Of a stretch of 64,000 bases of DNA, positions 1 to 10,720 are shown one piece after another. The notes under the pieces are model-generated. The model saw nothing but the letters and a program-made list of their open reading frames with translations, was not told the origin of the DNA and searched no databases. Source of the stretch: an uncultured Acidobacteriota bacterium (GTDB taxonomy: Bacteria; Acidobacteriota; UBA6911); the NCBI GenBank assembly GCA_963827655.1, contig CAWHCF010000023.1, positions 384,001 to 448,000 of the forward strand. The letters run 5' to 3'. Within the stretch, counting starts at the first letter, position 1; every line of letters begins with the position of its first letter. The position numbers were made by a program, and so were the translations under genes.

Positions 1-1
1 A

Positions 2-310
2 CAGGTGGTTTCGTTTCTACAATCCAATTCCAGCCTGAGCCGGCGGATGGTGCCGGAGCTTCCCTATATTCTGGCTGAGGCGTATTACGCAGTGACGTAC
101 GAAAAAGCGCGAACGCTCGAGGATATCCTGGTGCGCCGCACACGCGTGGCACTCCTGGATCCTGGGCGCGGGAGAGGCTGTGCGCGGGAGGTCGCAACGC
201 TGGTCGCGCCCGAGCTCAATTGGAGCGCAGAGGACATCGAACGGCAGATCGAACTTTATGAGAGAGCCATCAAGACCCGGTTCTGTGGACCGGAAGACCT
301 CATCGATTGA
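2..310 (+). CDS. glpD: Glycerol-3-phosphate dehydrogenase, C-terminal fragment (truncated by window edge)
   Basis: AEAYYAVTYEKARTLEDILVRRTR and ELNWS match the DAO_C C-terminal domain of FAD-dependent GlpD. Confidence 0.8.
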   Translation, partial: QVVSFLQSNSSLSRRMVPELPYILAEAYYAVTYEKARTLEDILVRRTRVALLDPGRGRGCAREVATLVAPELNWSAEDIERQIELYERAIKTRFCGPEDLID

Positions 311-409
311 CGATTGACGATTGACGATTAACAATCGATTGACGATTGACGATTGACGATTAACAATGGCAGCTATCAGATGTTCAATCGTCAATGTCAA
401 TCGTAAATC
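302..409. repeat. Heptamer (CGATTGA)n tandem repeat with inverted (CAATCGT)n arm
   Basis: 32-bp unit ATCGATTGACGATTGACGATTGACGATTAACA duplicated (302-333, 334-365), followed by the inverted arm CAATCGTCAATGTCAATCGTAAATC. Confidence 0.9.
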
Positions 410-892
410 TTGATCATGGGAAAAGGAAAATTAATCTCAATTCAGGTTGCTGACCGAGCGGCGAGCCCTATGCTGCCCTTGACCGCGGTGCGCGCCGTCG
501 GGGGGCGCGGGCTCGAGGGAGATCGTTATTTTGATCGAACCGGAACGTACTCGAAGAAAACCGGTCCTGACCGCGAGGTGACTTTGATTGAACTCGAAGC
601 GGTCGAGGCTTTGAAGCGCGACTACGGCGTCGATCTGGATCCAAAGGACAGCCGCCGAAATCTCGTTACTCAAGGAGTTGCGCTCAATCACCTTGTTGGG
701 CGGGAATTCACCATCGGCGAAGTAAAGTTCCGAGGCATTCGTCTTTGCGAGCCCTGCTCTCACCTGGCGAAGCTCGCGGACAGGGAGGTGCTGCCCGGGT
801 TGGTCCACCGCGGTGGTTTGCGCGCGGCCATCCTTACCGACGGCTTGATCCGCGTCGGTGACAGCTTGAGTGTGCAGGTATCACAAGATTGA
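410..892 (+). CDS. MOSC domain protein
   Basis: GLEGDRY, RRNLVTQG, LCEPCSHL and GGLRAAILTDG motifs; ATG at 416 is the probable start. Confidence 0.9.
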   Translation: MIMGKGKLISIQVADRAASPMLPLTAVRAVGGRGLEGDRYFDRTGTYSKKTGPDREVTLIELEAVEALKRDYGVDLDPKDSRRNLVTQGVALNHLVGREFTIGEVKFRGIRLCEPCSHLAKLADREVLPGLVHRGGLRAAILTDGLIRVGDSLSVQVSQD

Positions 893-942
893 AGGTTCTG
901 TGCTTTTTTTACGACCATCGACAACCAAGGCGCGAAGTCGCT

Positions 943-1024
943 AAGGTTCGTTCGGGGACTTCGCCCCGAACGAAGGCCCCTTCTGAACGACAACATGTCG
1001 GTTTGAACGTTTCGCTAAGCGCCT
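943..1024 (+). repeat. 82-bp hairpin-containing dispersed repeat, copy 1
   Basis: 78/82 identical to 57666-57747; perfect 11-bp stem TTCGTTCGGGG/CCCCGAACGAA. Confidence 0.9.
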
Positions 1025-1045
1025 GAGGGCTGTGAAGGAGGAGGA

Positions 1046-2563
1046 TTGGTGCGAGTTCAGCGGCTGTTTCAATTGCTTACTGCAGTTGCACTATGGCTGG
1101 CCGTCGGGTCGACCGGTCCACAATTCGCTTCCGATACATCAGGAACAGACACCGCGCGCCGCCTGCAGGCCGATGTTTCCTATCTGGCATCGGACGAAAT
1201 GGAAGGCCGGGGTACCCCGAGCCGCGGCCTCAATCTGGCCGCGCTCTACCTTCGGGCCCAGTTGCAGATCGCCGGTGTGGAACCTGCCGTAGGAAATTCT
1301 TACCTTCAGGTCTACAAAATCGGCGAATACCGGCCCGCCCAGGCGCGCGTCACCGTATCGATCGATGGCAAAGCGATCCCCCCGGATTCTTACGTCCTCT
1401 GGAACATCGGAAGAGACCCGGCCAAAGGGGCAATGGACCTGGAGCTGGTAAATGCGGGCAACGGAGTCGTCGCCGAAGAGCGGAAGGTCGACGACCTGGC
1501 CGGACTCGATGTACGCGGCAAGGCGGTAGTCACCAGGAAGGGCGCTTCCTGGACGCTCGACCCCACTCAGGTTCTCGGCCCGGATCGCGCCCTGGGCAAA
1601 ATAATGGCGGCCACCGTGCGAGGGGCCGAACTGCTGGTGTACCTCAGTGAGGATCTCGACACCGCGAGCGAAGCCGAAGCAGGATTCCTGCGCGAGATGA
1701 AGAACGCCCCGGTTGCGTTCATGCGGGAAGCCGGCGTCGGTCAGGCTTCCGCGCTCAATCCTGTTCTGGTTCTGAAGCCCCAGTCACTGGCGGGTCTGAC
1801 GGGCGTCGATCCGGCTCGCCTTCCCAGGGGTCCCCTGGGAAAAAGAATCAAGATAGCGTTTGAGGCAACCGTGAGTGAGGGAACGGCTCCGAATGTGCTG
1901 GGCAAGATCGCCGGCACAGATCCGAAACTGCGGGACGAATGGGTTGTTCTCTCAGCCCACTACGATCACCTTGGGTCCCATGATGTTCCCAGCGGCCAGG
2001 ACGGGATCTGGAACGGGGCCGACGATAATGCCTCAGGAACCGCGGCGGTTCTCGAAATTGCGCGTCGCGTGGCGCAGCGACCGGGCAAGCGCAGCGTCCT
2101 GGTATTCTTCACCAGCGGCGAGGACCGCGGTATTCTGGGGTCGGCGTATTACGCCTCGCGCCCGATTGTTCCGATGGATCGGGTTGCGGTGCAAATCAAC
2201 CTCGACATGATCGGCCGGTCGCAAGGGCGCGTCGAGGCCATTCCTGGCTGTGCCCCTTCGTTGTTCGAGGAGTCCCTGGCGATCGGGAAAAAACACAACA
2301 TCGAAGTAATCCCCGACCAGCAACCCACATGGCGAGTCATTTACCTGACCGACCTCTACCATTTTGCCAAGGCCGGCGTGCCAGGAGTCGAATTCTTTAC
2401 CGGACTTCACCCGGACTACCATCAGCCGAGCGACACTGCCGATAAGATTCGTTATCCGGAAATGGCCAGGATTGTGGAAATGGCTTCGGAATTGACCCGC
2501 GGCTACGTCGACGGTAAATCCCGGCCGAAATTCGTTCGCCCGGGATGGTTCATGACTCCGTAA
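1046..2563 (+). CDS. M28 family metallopeptidase with PA domain, secreted
   Basis: Signal peptide; SAHYDHLG, NGADDNASG, GED and NLDMIG motifs; DYHQPSD. Confidence 0.9.
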   Translation: MVRVQRLFQLLTAVALWLAVGSTGPQFASDTSGTDTARRLQADVSYLASDEMEGRGTPSRGLNLAALYLRAQLQIAGVEPAVGNSYLQVYKIGEYRPAQARVTVSIDGKAIPPDSYVLWNIGRDPAKGAMDLELVNAGNGVVAEERKVDDLAGLDVRGKAVVTRKGASWTLDPTQVLGPDRALGKIMAATVRGAELLVYLSEDLDTASEAEAGFLREMKNAPVAFMREAGVGQASALNPVLVLKPQSLAGLTGVDPARLPRGPLGKRIKIAFEATVSEGTAPNVLGKIAGTDPKLRDEWVVLSAHYDHLGSHDVPSGQDGIWNGADDNASGTAAVLEIARRVAQRPGKRSVLVFFTSGEDRGILGSAYYASRPIVPMDRVAVQINLDMIGRSQGRVEAIPGCAPSLFEESLAIGKKHNIEVIPDQQPTWRVIYLTDLYHFAKAGVPGVEFFTGLHPDYHQPSDTADKIRYPEMARIVEMASELTRGYVDGKSRPKFVRPGWFMTP

Positions 2564-2600
2564 TATTCGTGTCCTGGTGTCTTCGCAGCAAGAGAATGTG

Positions 2601-3898
2601 TTAGCCGCCGGAAGCGCGGGCGGTTGGCCCTACCCCTGGAACCGGAATGACCGCCTGGATGGAGACGGGGCCCATTGCATACTCCGTGGGGCCAAGCCTC
2701 ATGCTGGACTGCATCAGCTCATTCCAGGTAACTTCTTTGCCGGTGTAGGCTGTTTCGCGCCCCATGACGGCAACCATTGTCGAGACCGCGGTATCGTGGG
2801 CCGTATTGACCGGTTTCGAGGTCCGAATCGCGGTAACCAGGTCGACATGTTCCTGCACTATCATGTTGTTTTTCGGCCCTTCGTACGCCCAGACGAGTTT
2901 CCCGGCCAGATCGAAGACCTTCCCATCCATGTCGCAAGTCCCTTTGGTTCCTACCAGCACTTCCTCGCGCACGTTCGCGCACCCGTTTAGCTGGCGGATT
3001 GTGCTGTGCATGTGGACGCCGTTTTCAAAAATATAGTCGGTGCTGAAGAAATCATACTGATCTCCTGTCTGACGGCGCGCGCGTCCGCCCATTCCCACCG
3101 CTTTCACCGGATGCCGAGCCCATAAACCAGACTGCCTGGTCCAGATGATGGATGTGCTGTTCGACGATGTGGTCACCCGATAACCAGATCCAATTGACCC
3201 AATCCCGGATCATGTATTCCATGTCGGACCACGCCGGCTGCCGTTCCCGGAACCACAGGGCTCCCTGATTGCGAAAAATCCGAAGCGCTCGAACATCGCC
3301 AATGATTCCATCGAGCTACCCGCTTGCGTGTTTCTCTCCGCGCGTTGTCACAGCGCATCTGAGTGCCGGTCATCACGCTGACGCCCAGTTCCTTTGCCTT
3401 CTTGGCCGTTTCCATTACCGATCGCACGCCGACAGGATCCACGGCGACTGGTTTCTCGATGAAAACGTGTTTTTTTGCGGCGACCGCAGCAGCGAAGTGC
3501 TCCGGACGAAAGTGGGGCGGGGTCGCATGCAGGACAATATCGACCCCGGAGTCGATCAGTTTCTTATAGGCGTCAAAACCGACAAAGCAGTTCGATTCGC
3601 GAATATCCTGACCACGTTCCTGGTTGAGACGCTTGCGGCCTTCGTCGACCCGATCCTGAAACACGTCCGCCAGAGCCGTGATCTGGAGGTTTGGACCTGC
3701 ATCGAGGAAATTAACGGCCGCGCCTCGCCCTCGACCGCCGCAGCCGATGAGTCCGGCTTTCAACACCGGCCCGTCGGGAGCCTTGCCCTGGACGACCGGC
3801 CCGGGTTGTGGCAAAGCCGTCCTGGCAAAAAGTGTGGCGCCTGTGGCCGCTACGGTTCCGATGAAACTTCGACGGTTGAGATCTGATCCCTGGTTCAT
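2601..3898 (-). CDS. Gfo/Idh/MocA oxidoreductase with Tat signal, split by two +1 frameshifts (~3317, ~3114)
   Basis: NRRSFIG Tat motif, GLIGCGGRG and EKP; the intermediate frame reads LSGDHIVEQHIHHLD and joins ORFs 3173..3928 and 2601..3176. Confidence 0.85.
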
Positions 3899-4021
3899 GT
3901 GCGCGTCTCCTTTGGATATTCTGACCACCAGATTATACCCAAGCAGACACGAATGTCCCGTCTTTTTCTTTGTTGTCTTCGTGGCTTTTGTCAGGCCGCA
4001 CTAACCACGAAGACACGCATT

Positions 4022-5280
4022 TTAGTTGACTGCCACAACGCCCGATTTCGCCACGAGGGTAAACCCATTGTTCGCAAACAGGCGAAATTCATAAGTGCCG
4101 GGCGTGCCGGGCATGGTGAAGACACACGAGCCCGACAAGGCGCCCGAGGCGCCGGCACTCTGGCTGCAACTGCTGGTATACATCCAACCTTGTCCGCTTC
4201 CGCCTGCCGCAAGGTAGCAGCCGATCCAGTCAGCCGGGGTCGCGCCGCTCACCCCATTCCAGACCAGCGTGACTGTCCCGCCGGGCCCGACGGCACTGGG
4301 GCTGGCCGTGAGGGTCGGAGTGCCGCCTCCCGCGACGGTGACGGTGCTCGAGGTGGCCAGGCGATTGTAGGAGCCACTGGCAAACAACCGGAACTCGGAG
4401 GTGTCCGGTGGTTAGCGGCATCGTGAAAGAGCACGAACCCGACGGGCGCGGGGTGCCACCGGAACTCTGCGCGCAGGTGCTGGTGTATTTCCAATCGCTG
4501 TACGCGGTGTTGGCTGCGCCCGGGGTGAAGCGGCCGATCCAATCGGTGACACTTGGGCTGCCGACGCCGCTCCAGCCGAGAGCCACGGCGGCCGCCCGGT
4601 GTGACCGAGTCGGGGTTGCCGTAAGTGCGTGGGCCTGAACCCCCGCCCGAACCCCCGCCCGAACCCGAGACGGTGATTATGTTGGAAGTTCCCAGCCGGA
4701 CATAGGTTCCGTTGGCGAACAACCGGTATTCATAAGTACCCGCCACAGTCGGCAGCGCAAAAACACACGAGCCCGACGATCGCGGGCTACTGCCGGGACT
4801 CTGCGCGCAACTGCTGCTATATTTCCATTCCCCGTAGGAACCGTCGCCCGCCCCGGTGCTGTATCGGCCAATCCAGTCCGTCACGGTCGGACTGGTGACG
4901 CCACTCCAACTCACGGTAACATTCCCGGATCCGGGTGTCGCAACCAGACTGAGAGTCGCCGAGACACCTATGGTGGCGGAGACTTCGTTTGATGCATCGC
5001 TTTCCAGCCCCGAGGTGTTGTAGGCCGTAACTACAAAATAATAAGTCCCGACTGCGAGTCCGGTTACAGTGTAAGTCGTCTGATTACCCAGATTGATTGC
5101 CACACTATAATTGCCGGGAGCCAGCCCGTAATAAACTTTGTAACCTGCCAGATTTGTTTCGGGATTGGGGTCCCAGGCGAGTTGGATATCAGCGGCAAAA
5201 GATTCAATACTGAGCGCCAGGCAGAATAGTGCAGGGACAACCTTAAGAAATGCTTTCACCCTCGCTAACAGGTAGTGCAT
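4022..5280 (-). CDS. Secreted fibronectin type III protein with three Cys-containing Ig-like repeats (frameshifted)
   Basis: Signal peptide; LAWDPNPETNLAGYKVYYG FN3 domain; three repeats WSGV..P...DWIG.Y...W.Y.S.C...SGSC.F..P...GTYE.RLFANG spread across three frames. Confidence 0.8.
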
Positions 5281-5402
5281 GGGGGGAACCTCCTGTGATA
5301 GGTGATGCGTCTGGATTGGATGAAAAGACGCCTGTGTGTCCCGGCGATGGATCGGTTATGATTCATCTGCCGCGAAGACACCGAGACGCCCATGCCCGGA
5401 AT

Positions 5403-5580
5403 AGCGGGAACTCGACGGTCATTGACCCGTCGACCGCTCTCCGTCTTGCGTCAAAGGACTAAGTAGAAAACTCGAGGTTCAGTGAAACCTCTGACTGCTA
5501 CAGCGAATCGTCTCAGGGCGGCGACTCGCTGAAGGAGAGGCTTGCTGTCGTTCTGGAACCTCGATCTAAGGGACGGAAAG
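5403..5580 (-). ncRNA. Candidate structured leader RNA (rod plus hairpin) upstream of the FN3 gene
   Basis: Nested stems CUUUCCGUC/GACGGAGAG, UCGAGGUUC/GAACCUCGA, AAGCCUCU/AGAGGUUU and CAGCGAGUCG/CGAUUCGCUG; G-U pairs on the minus strand. Confidence 0.5.
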
Positions 5581-5771
5581 GCTGATGATCTCCTCACTCG
5601 TCCAGTTGATACAGCTAGCAGATACTGACTACGTAGTGCTTGATTCGTTGACCAGCTGCCCGATTGTGATCACGACGCGAGCTCGATTTGTTGTCGGCAG
5701 CCGGGGCATCATAGTTGGTCTCGGTACGAGGAGCAACGATTTTCTGGGAACGGTCCAACTTGTTTCCAAGG

Positions 5772-5864
5772 TTCTTGGTGTTTCTTCGTGCCTTCGTGTC
5801 TTTGTGGTATCTGTTTCGCAGCACTAACCACGAAGACACGAAGAAACACTAGACACAGACACAA
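5772..5864. repeat. CACGAAG-family palindromic (REP-like) repeat
   Basis: CTTCGTGCCTTCGTGTCTTTGTGG ... CCACGAAGACACGAAG; related copies at ~3976, 17100, 18021, 22255, 28788, 32181, 40410 and 57645. Confidence 0.8.
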
Positions 5865-5872
5865 GCCTCCGG

Positions 5873-5901
5873 TTGACCGGTTCGAGAGCGAACCGTAAAA
5901 T
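5873..5901 (+). promoter_or_regulatory. Sigma70-type promoter of uvrA with palindrome in the spacer
   Basis: TTGACC-17 bp-TAAAAT; CGGTTCG-agag-CGAACCG at 5878-5895. Confidence 0.65.
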
Positions 5902-5916
5902 GACGCTTTTGGTCTG

Positions 5917-8727
5917 ATGATGCTAGAGAAGATCGTGGTGCGTGGCGCGCGCCAACATAACCTCAAAGAGATCAGCCTCGAGATCCCACGCCACAAACTG
6001 ACGGTAATCACCGGGCTCTCCGGTTCGGGAAAATCGAGTCTTGCCTTCGATACCATCTACGCGGAGGGACAGCGCCGCTACATCGAGTCGCTCTCCGCGT
6101 TCGCGCGCCAGTTTCTCGAACAGATGGAAAAACCCGACGTCGATAGCGTCGAGGGACTTTCGCCCGCAATCAGCATCGAGCAGAAGACAACCAGCCGAAG
6201 CCCCCGCTCAACCGTCGGGACCGTGACCGAGATCTACGATTATATGAGGCTTCTGTTCGCCTCCGTCGGCAAACCTCACTGCCATCTGTGCGGAAAACCG
6301 ATCACCCACCAGACGCTCGATCAGATCGTGGACTCCGTGTCCGCGTATCCGGAAGGCACGCGAGTAGTGATACTCGCGCCGGTGGTACGGGACCGGAAGG
6401 GAGAATTCAGGAAACTGTTTGAAAAGTACCTCAAGAAGGGATACCTGCGAGTTCGAGTGGACGGGCAGATCTACGATATGGAGGAGCACATCCGCCTGTC
6501 CAAAACCCGCACCCATACCGTGGAGGTAGTCGTCGATCGCGTGCTGATCAAACCGGGGATTCGGCGGCGCCTTGAGATATCGATCAGAGCCGCGATGGAC
6601 CTGGCCGAGGGCCTGGTTACCGTTTCCGCGCTGGAAAAAGAGGAACGGCTTTACTCGGAACGACAAGCGTGCATCGACTGCGGGGTCAACATTCCTGAGC
6701 TCGAGCCGCGCTCGTTCTCGTTTAACTCGAAGTATGGCGCGTGCCCAAGCTGTGACGGCGTCGGAACCCGCCTGGTGATCAATCCTGAAAAGATTATTCC
6801 GGACCCGACGCAGCCGATCTCGCAAATAACTTTTCCCGTAGAAAGCGGGCGGATTGAAAGCTACCTGCGTGAGTCGCTGCTCGCAGTGGCGCGGAACTTC
6901 AAATGCAATGACCAGACTTCGTTTGAACGCCTCCCGGCAAGAGCCAGGGAAGTCTACTTCTTCGGCAGCACCGAACCGATCAATTATTACTACGGCAATT
7001 TTCGCTATAGCGCGGAGTTCAAGGGAATCGGCCACTGGCTCGAGAACCTCTATCAGGATGAAGCGAATTCGCGCATCCAGCAGGAAGTCGAGAACCTGTT
7101 CTCGATCCAGAGCTGTCCCGCGTGCGGCGGGTCGCGCCTTCGTCCCGAAAGCCGAGCTGTGAAGCTGGATGCCAAGGCGATCTCTGATTTCGCTCGTTTA
7201 CCGTTGGAGGAATCTCTCCCGGCGTTCCAGAAGATACAATTGACCCCGCGCGAGGATAAGATAGCGGGACAGATCTTGAAGGAGATCTGCAATCGGCTGG
7301 GCTTTCTGGTTGACGTCGGAGTGGGATACCTCTCGTTGGACCGAGCGGTTTCTTCTCTATCAGGCGGTGAAGGACAGCGCGTACGCCTGGCAACTCAAAT
7401 CGGGTCGAAACTCAGAGGGGTGCTGTATGTGCTCGATGAGCCGTCCATCGGGCTCCACCCTCGGGACAACGGTCGTTTGCTGGATACGTTGACCGGGCTC
7501 CGCGAGATGGGCAACACCATTCTGGTTGTGGAACACGACGAGGAAACTATTCGTCGCGCAGACCACATTGTCGACCTGGGGCCTGGCGCAGGGCGCGCCG
7601 GAGGGCACGTGGTTGCCGCCGGTGATATCGGCTCCGTACAGGGAAATCCAGATTCCCTCACGGGGAAATATCTGAACGGCGAGCTGAAAATCGATTATCC
7701 GCGAACGCGTCGTGCCGGCAACGGCAAGAGTCTTGTAGTCAAGGGCGCCCGTCACAATAACCTCAAGCACCTGACCGCGGAATTCCCGCTCGGCCTGTTC
7801 ATCTGTGTGACCGGAGTCTCGGGCTCGGGCAAGTCATCTCTGGTCGAGGATATTCTGTACAAGGCGCTATCACGGAAGCTGAATCGAGCTCTGACCGATC
7901 CCGGCGCCCATGGTGAGATTCTCGGGGTCCACTACCTCGATAAGGTGATCGAAATCGATCAGTCGGCCATCGGGCGAACGCCTCGATCCAACCCCGCTAC
8001 CTATACCGGTCTTTTCACTCACATCCGGGAACTATTCGCCATGCTCCCCGAGTCCAGGATCCGAGGTTACAAACCCGGGCGGTTCAGCTTTAACGTCAAG
8101 GGAGGGCGCTGCGAAACCTGCCAGGGGGATGGACTTCGCCGGATTGAGATGAATTTCCTGCCCGATGTTTATGTCTCGTGCGAGACCTGCCAGGGGAAGC
8201 GTTACAATCGCGAGACGCTCGCGGTAACGTACAAGGGATACTCGATCGCCGATCTGCTGGAAATGAACATCAGTGACGCCTACCCCTTGCTGGAAAACAT
8301 CCCGGCGATCGCACAGAAACTTCAGACTCTGAATGCCGTAGGATTGGGCTACGTCCAGCTGGGTCAACCAGCCACGACGCTCTCGGGCGGCGAGGCGCAG
8401 CGGGTAAAGCTCGCCAAGGAACTGAGCCGACGAGCCACGGGCAAGACGCTCTACATTCTGGATGAGCCGACTACGGGGCTTCATTTTCATGACGTAAAAA
8501 AACTGCTCGACATACTGAGCAGTCTTGTCGGATTGGGAAACACCGTCGTGGTGATTGAGCATAACCTGGATGTCATCAAGATGGCGGACCATGTCATTGA
8601 CCTGGGGCCGGAGGGGGGAGAGCGGGGCGGGCAGATCGTCGCCGTTGGCAGCCCCGAGCAGATAGCCCGAGTCGACCATTCGGCAACCGGCCAGGCGCTG
8701 CGCCGGGTCCTGGGGGCGGCTTCATGA
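5917..8727 (+). CDS. uvrA: Excinuclease ABC subunit A
   Basis: GARQHNLK, two Walker A motifs ([16 protein letters not shown]), LSGGEAQR and zinc fingers; 936 aa. Confidence 0.98.
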   Translation: MMLEKIVVRGARQHNLKEISLEIPRHKLTVITGLSGSGKSSLAFDTIYAEGQRRYIESLSAFARQFLEQMEKPDVDSVEGLSPAISIEQKTTSRSPRSTVGTVTEIYDYMRLLFASVGKPHCHLCGKPITHQTLDQIVDSVSAYPEGTRVVILAPVVRDRKGEFRKLFEKYLKKGYLRVRVDGQIYDMEEHIRLSKTRTHTVEVVVDRVLIKPGIRRRLEISIRAAMDLAEGLVTVSALEKEERLYSERQACIDCGVNIPELEPRSFSFNSKYGACPSCDGVGTRLVINPEKIIPDPTQPISQITFPVESGRIESYLRESLLAVARNFKCNDQTSFERLPARAREVYFFGSTEPINYYYGNFRYSAEFKGIGHWLENLYQDEANSRIQQEVENLFSIQSCPACGGSRLRPESRAVKLDAKAISDFARLPLEESLPAFQKIQLTPREDKIAGQILKEICNRLGFLVDVGVGYLSLDRAVSSLSGGEGQRVRLATQIGSKLRGVLYVLDEPSIGLHPRDNGRLLDTLTGLREMGNTILVVEHDEETIRRADHIVDLGPGAGRAGGHVVAAGDIGSVQGNPDSLTGKYLNGELKIDYPRTRRAGNGKSLVVKGARHNNLKHLTAEFPLGLFICVTGVSGSGKSSLVEDILYKALSRKLNRALTDPGAHGEILGVHYLDKVIEIDQSAIGRTPRSNPATYTGLFTHIRELFAMLPESRIRGYKPGRFSFNVKGGRCETCQGDGLRRIEMNFLPDVYVSCETCQGKRYNRETLAVTYKGYSIADLLEMNISDAYPLLENIPAIAQKLQTLNAVGLGYVQLGQPATTLSGGEAQRVKLAKELSRRATGKTLYILDEPTTGLHFHDVKKLLDILSSLVGLGNTVVVIEHNLDVIKMADHVIDLGPEGGERGGQIVAVGSPEQIARVDHSATGQALRRVLGAAS

Positions 8728-9296
8728 TTGAGTCGATCCGGCGGGCCGTCTCGGAGAGTCTACAGCTCAAGCAGACGTTCTTTGCCGCCAACGAGGAGCG
8801 CATCTCCGCGCTGGCGCGCGAAGTTTGCCAGGCGTTAGAGCGAGGAAACAAAATCTTGCTCTTCGGCAACGGCGGGAGCGCCGCCGACGCGCAGCATATC
8901 GCCGCCGAATGGATCGGCCGCTTTCGGCGCGAGCGGCGGCCGCTCGCTGCCATCGCGCTCACCACCGATACCTCGATTCTAACCAGCATTGGCAACGACT
9001 ATGGATACGAACAGGTATTCGTACGGCAGGTTCGGGCCCTGGGCAGCAAGGGGGATGTTTCGATTGGCTTGTCAACCAGCGGGAACTCTCCCAATGTGCT
9101 TCTGGCGACTGCCGCGGCGCGCGAACTTGGCATGGTGACTGCGGGGCTCACCGGCAGCGACGGCGGCAAGTTAGGCTCTCTGGTTTCGTACCACCTCAAC
9201 GTCGCTCATAAATCTACCGCCCGCGTTCAGGAAATCCACATCATGATTGGTCACATCCTTTGTGAACTCGTGGATGAAACCTTGACCGGATTGTGA
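8724..9296 (+). CDS. gmhA: D-sedoheptulose 7-phosphate isomerase
   Basis: [24 protein letters not shown] and RVQEIH motifs. Confidence 0.95.
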   Translation: MIESIRRAVSESLQLKQTFFAANEERISALAREVCQALERGNKILLFGNGGSAADAQHIAAEWIGRFRRERRPLAAIALTTDTSILTSIGNDYGYEQVFVRQVRALGSKGDVSIGLSTSGNSPNVLLATAAARELGMVTAGLTGSDGGKLGSLVSYHLNVAHKSTARVQEIHIMIGHILCELVDETLTGL

Positions 9297-10267
9297 TCAC
9301 GCGAATGTCCAAGTACCCCCTCGAGCCATACAGCTTGAATCGCATCCGCACCTATTCGCTCAAGGACCGCCCGAGCAAGGTGGAGGTCCGCACCTTCGGA
9401 CGCCCGCACACTCAGGGTGGAACTCTGGCCGAATTCCTGGAGACCTTGCCTCAGATCCTTGCTGCCCAGAGCCTGCAGGACCTGGCCCGAGCCATCCTGC
9501 AAGCTGACAACCTCGGCAAGGCCATCCTTTGGGGGCTGGGGGGACACATCATCAAGACCGGCCTGTCACCTGTCATCATCGATCTCATGGACCGTGGTCT
9601 GGTAACGGCCGTGGCGCTGAATGGGTCCGGCATTGTCCACGATTTCGAAATCGCTCTTTCGGGCGCCACGAGCGAGGATGTGGAGACGCAGCTGGAACAA
9701 GGCGCGTTCGGCATGGCCGAAGAAACCGGACGTGGAATCAACCAGGCGATCAACGACGGCGTGCCGGACGGGCTGGGAATCGGCGAATCCCTGGGTCGAC
9801 ACCTGGAACGGTTACGCCCCTCCTTTGGCAACTATAGCCTTCTGCTTCAGGCTTACCTGAGAAATATTCCCGTGACGGTCCATATCACGCTGGGGACGGA
9901 TATTATTCACAATCATCCCAGCATTTCTCCTTCGGCTACCGGGGAAGGAACCCACCGGGACTTTCGCTTGTTCGCCTCGCTGGTTTCGCGCCTGAACGGG
10001 GGAGGGGTTTATCTGAACTGTGGATCAGCCGTGACTTTGCCTGAGGTATTCTTGAAATGCGTCACGCTGGTCCGCAACAGCGGCGAGCCTTTGCAGGATT
10101 TTACCACCGCAAACCTTGATTTTATCCAGCACTACCGTCCCACTGAGAATGTCCTCAAGCGACCCGTGAAAAAAGGGGGACGTGGATTCTCCCTCACAGG
10201 TCACCACGAGATAATGGTCCCTCTCCTGGCGGCATGGCTGATCGAGCTGTCGGGGAAAAAAGAGTAA
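9293..10267 (+). CDS. Deoxyhypusine-synthase-like (DHS fold) protein of unknown function
   Basis: LGGHIIKTGL, HDFEIA, GMAEETG, GSAVTLPEVFLK and GHHEIM are typical of this uncharacterised DHS-like family. Confidence 0.65.
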   Translation: MITRMSKYPLEPYSLNRIRTYSLKDRPSKVEVRTFGRPHTQGGTLAEFLETLPQILAAQSLQDLARAILQADNLGKAILWGLGGHIIKTGLSPVIIDLMDRGLVTAVALNGSGIVHDFEIALSGATSEDVETQLEQGAFGMAEETGRGINQAINDGVPDGLGIGESLGRHLERLRPSFGNYSLLLQAYLRNIPVTVHITLGTDIIHNHPSISPSATGEGTHRDFRLFASLVSRLNGGGVYLNCGSAVTLPEVFLKCVTLVRNSGEPLQDFTTANLDFIQHYRPTENVLKRPVKKGGRGFSLTGHHEIMVPLLAAWLIELSGKKE

Positions 10268-10671
10268 TGAGCGAAGAAATCCCCGAACCAGAACTCGATT
10301 CGGCTGTTGTGCGCGGGATCCAAAAGGGGGTCGCCGAATTCAACGCCGGTAAGTTCTTCGAATGCCACGACACTCTCGAAGAAATCTGGCAGGGGATTCG
10401 CGGGCCGGCGCGAGATTTTTTCCAGGGACTCATCCAGATCTCGGTGGGCTTCTATCATCTCCGGAACGGCAATTTTCGAGGCGGTGAGAGCCAGTTGGAA
10501 AAAGGGCTCAAGGCGCTGCGGCGCTACGGCGACCGTTACGCGGGTATGGAGCTGGGCAATCTGCGCGGGGAGCTGGAGCTCTGGCTCGAAAGAGTCCGCG
10601 CCGGCGAGGACCTGCGAGCGAATGTAGCCGATTTACCCAAATACCACTTCACGCCGCCAGCCCAGGGCTGA
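10267..10671 (+). CDS. DUF309 domain protein
   Basis: FNAGKFFECHDTLEEIW and FQGLIQ motifs; ATG overlaps the upstream stop. Confidence 0.9.
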   Translation: MSEEIPEPELDSAVVRGIQKGVAEFNAGKFFECHDTLEEIWQGIRGPARDFFQGLIQISVGFYHLRNGNFRGGESQLEKGLKALRRYGDRYAGMELGNLRGELELWLERVRAGEDLRANVADLPKYHFTPPAQG

Positions 10672-10720
10672 TCCCCTGCGTCTTCATTCTTCGCGTCTTT
10701 GGGTCCTGGCGGTATTTTGT

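Noticed and set aside
302-409. CRISPR array
   Set aside because: 7-bp tandem units without unique spacers, and no cas genes
5582-5615. Hammerhead ribozyme (CTGATGA)
   Set aside because: No stem II followed by GAAA
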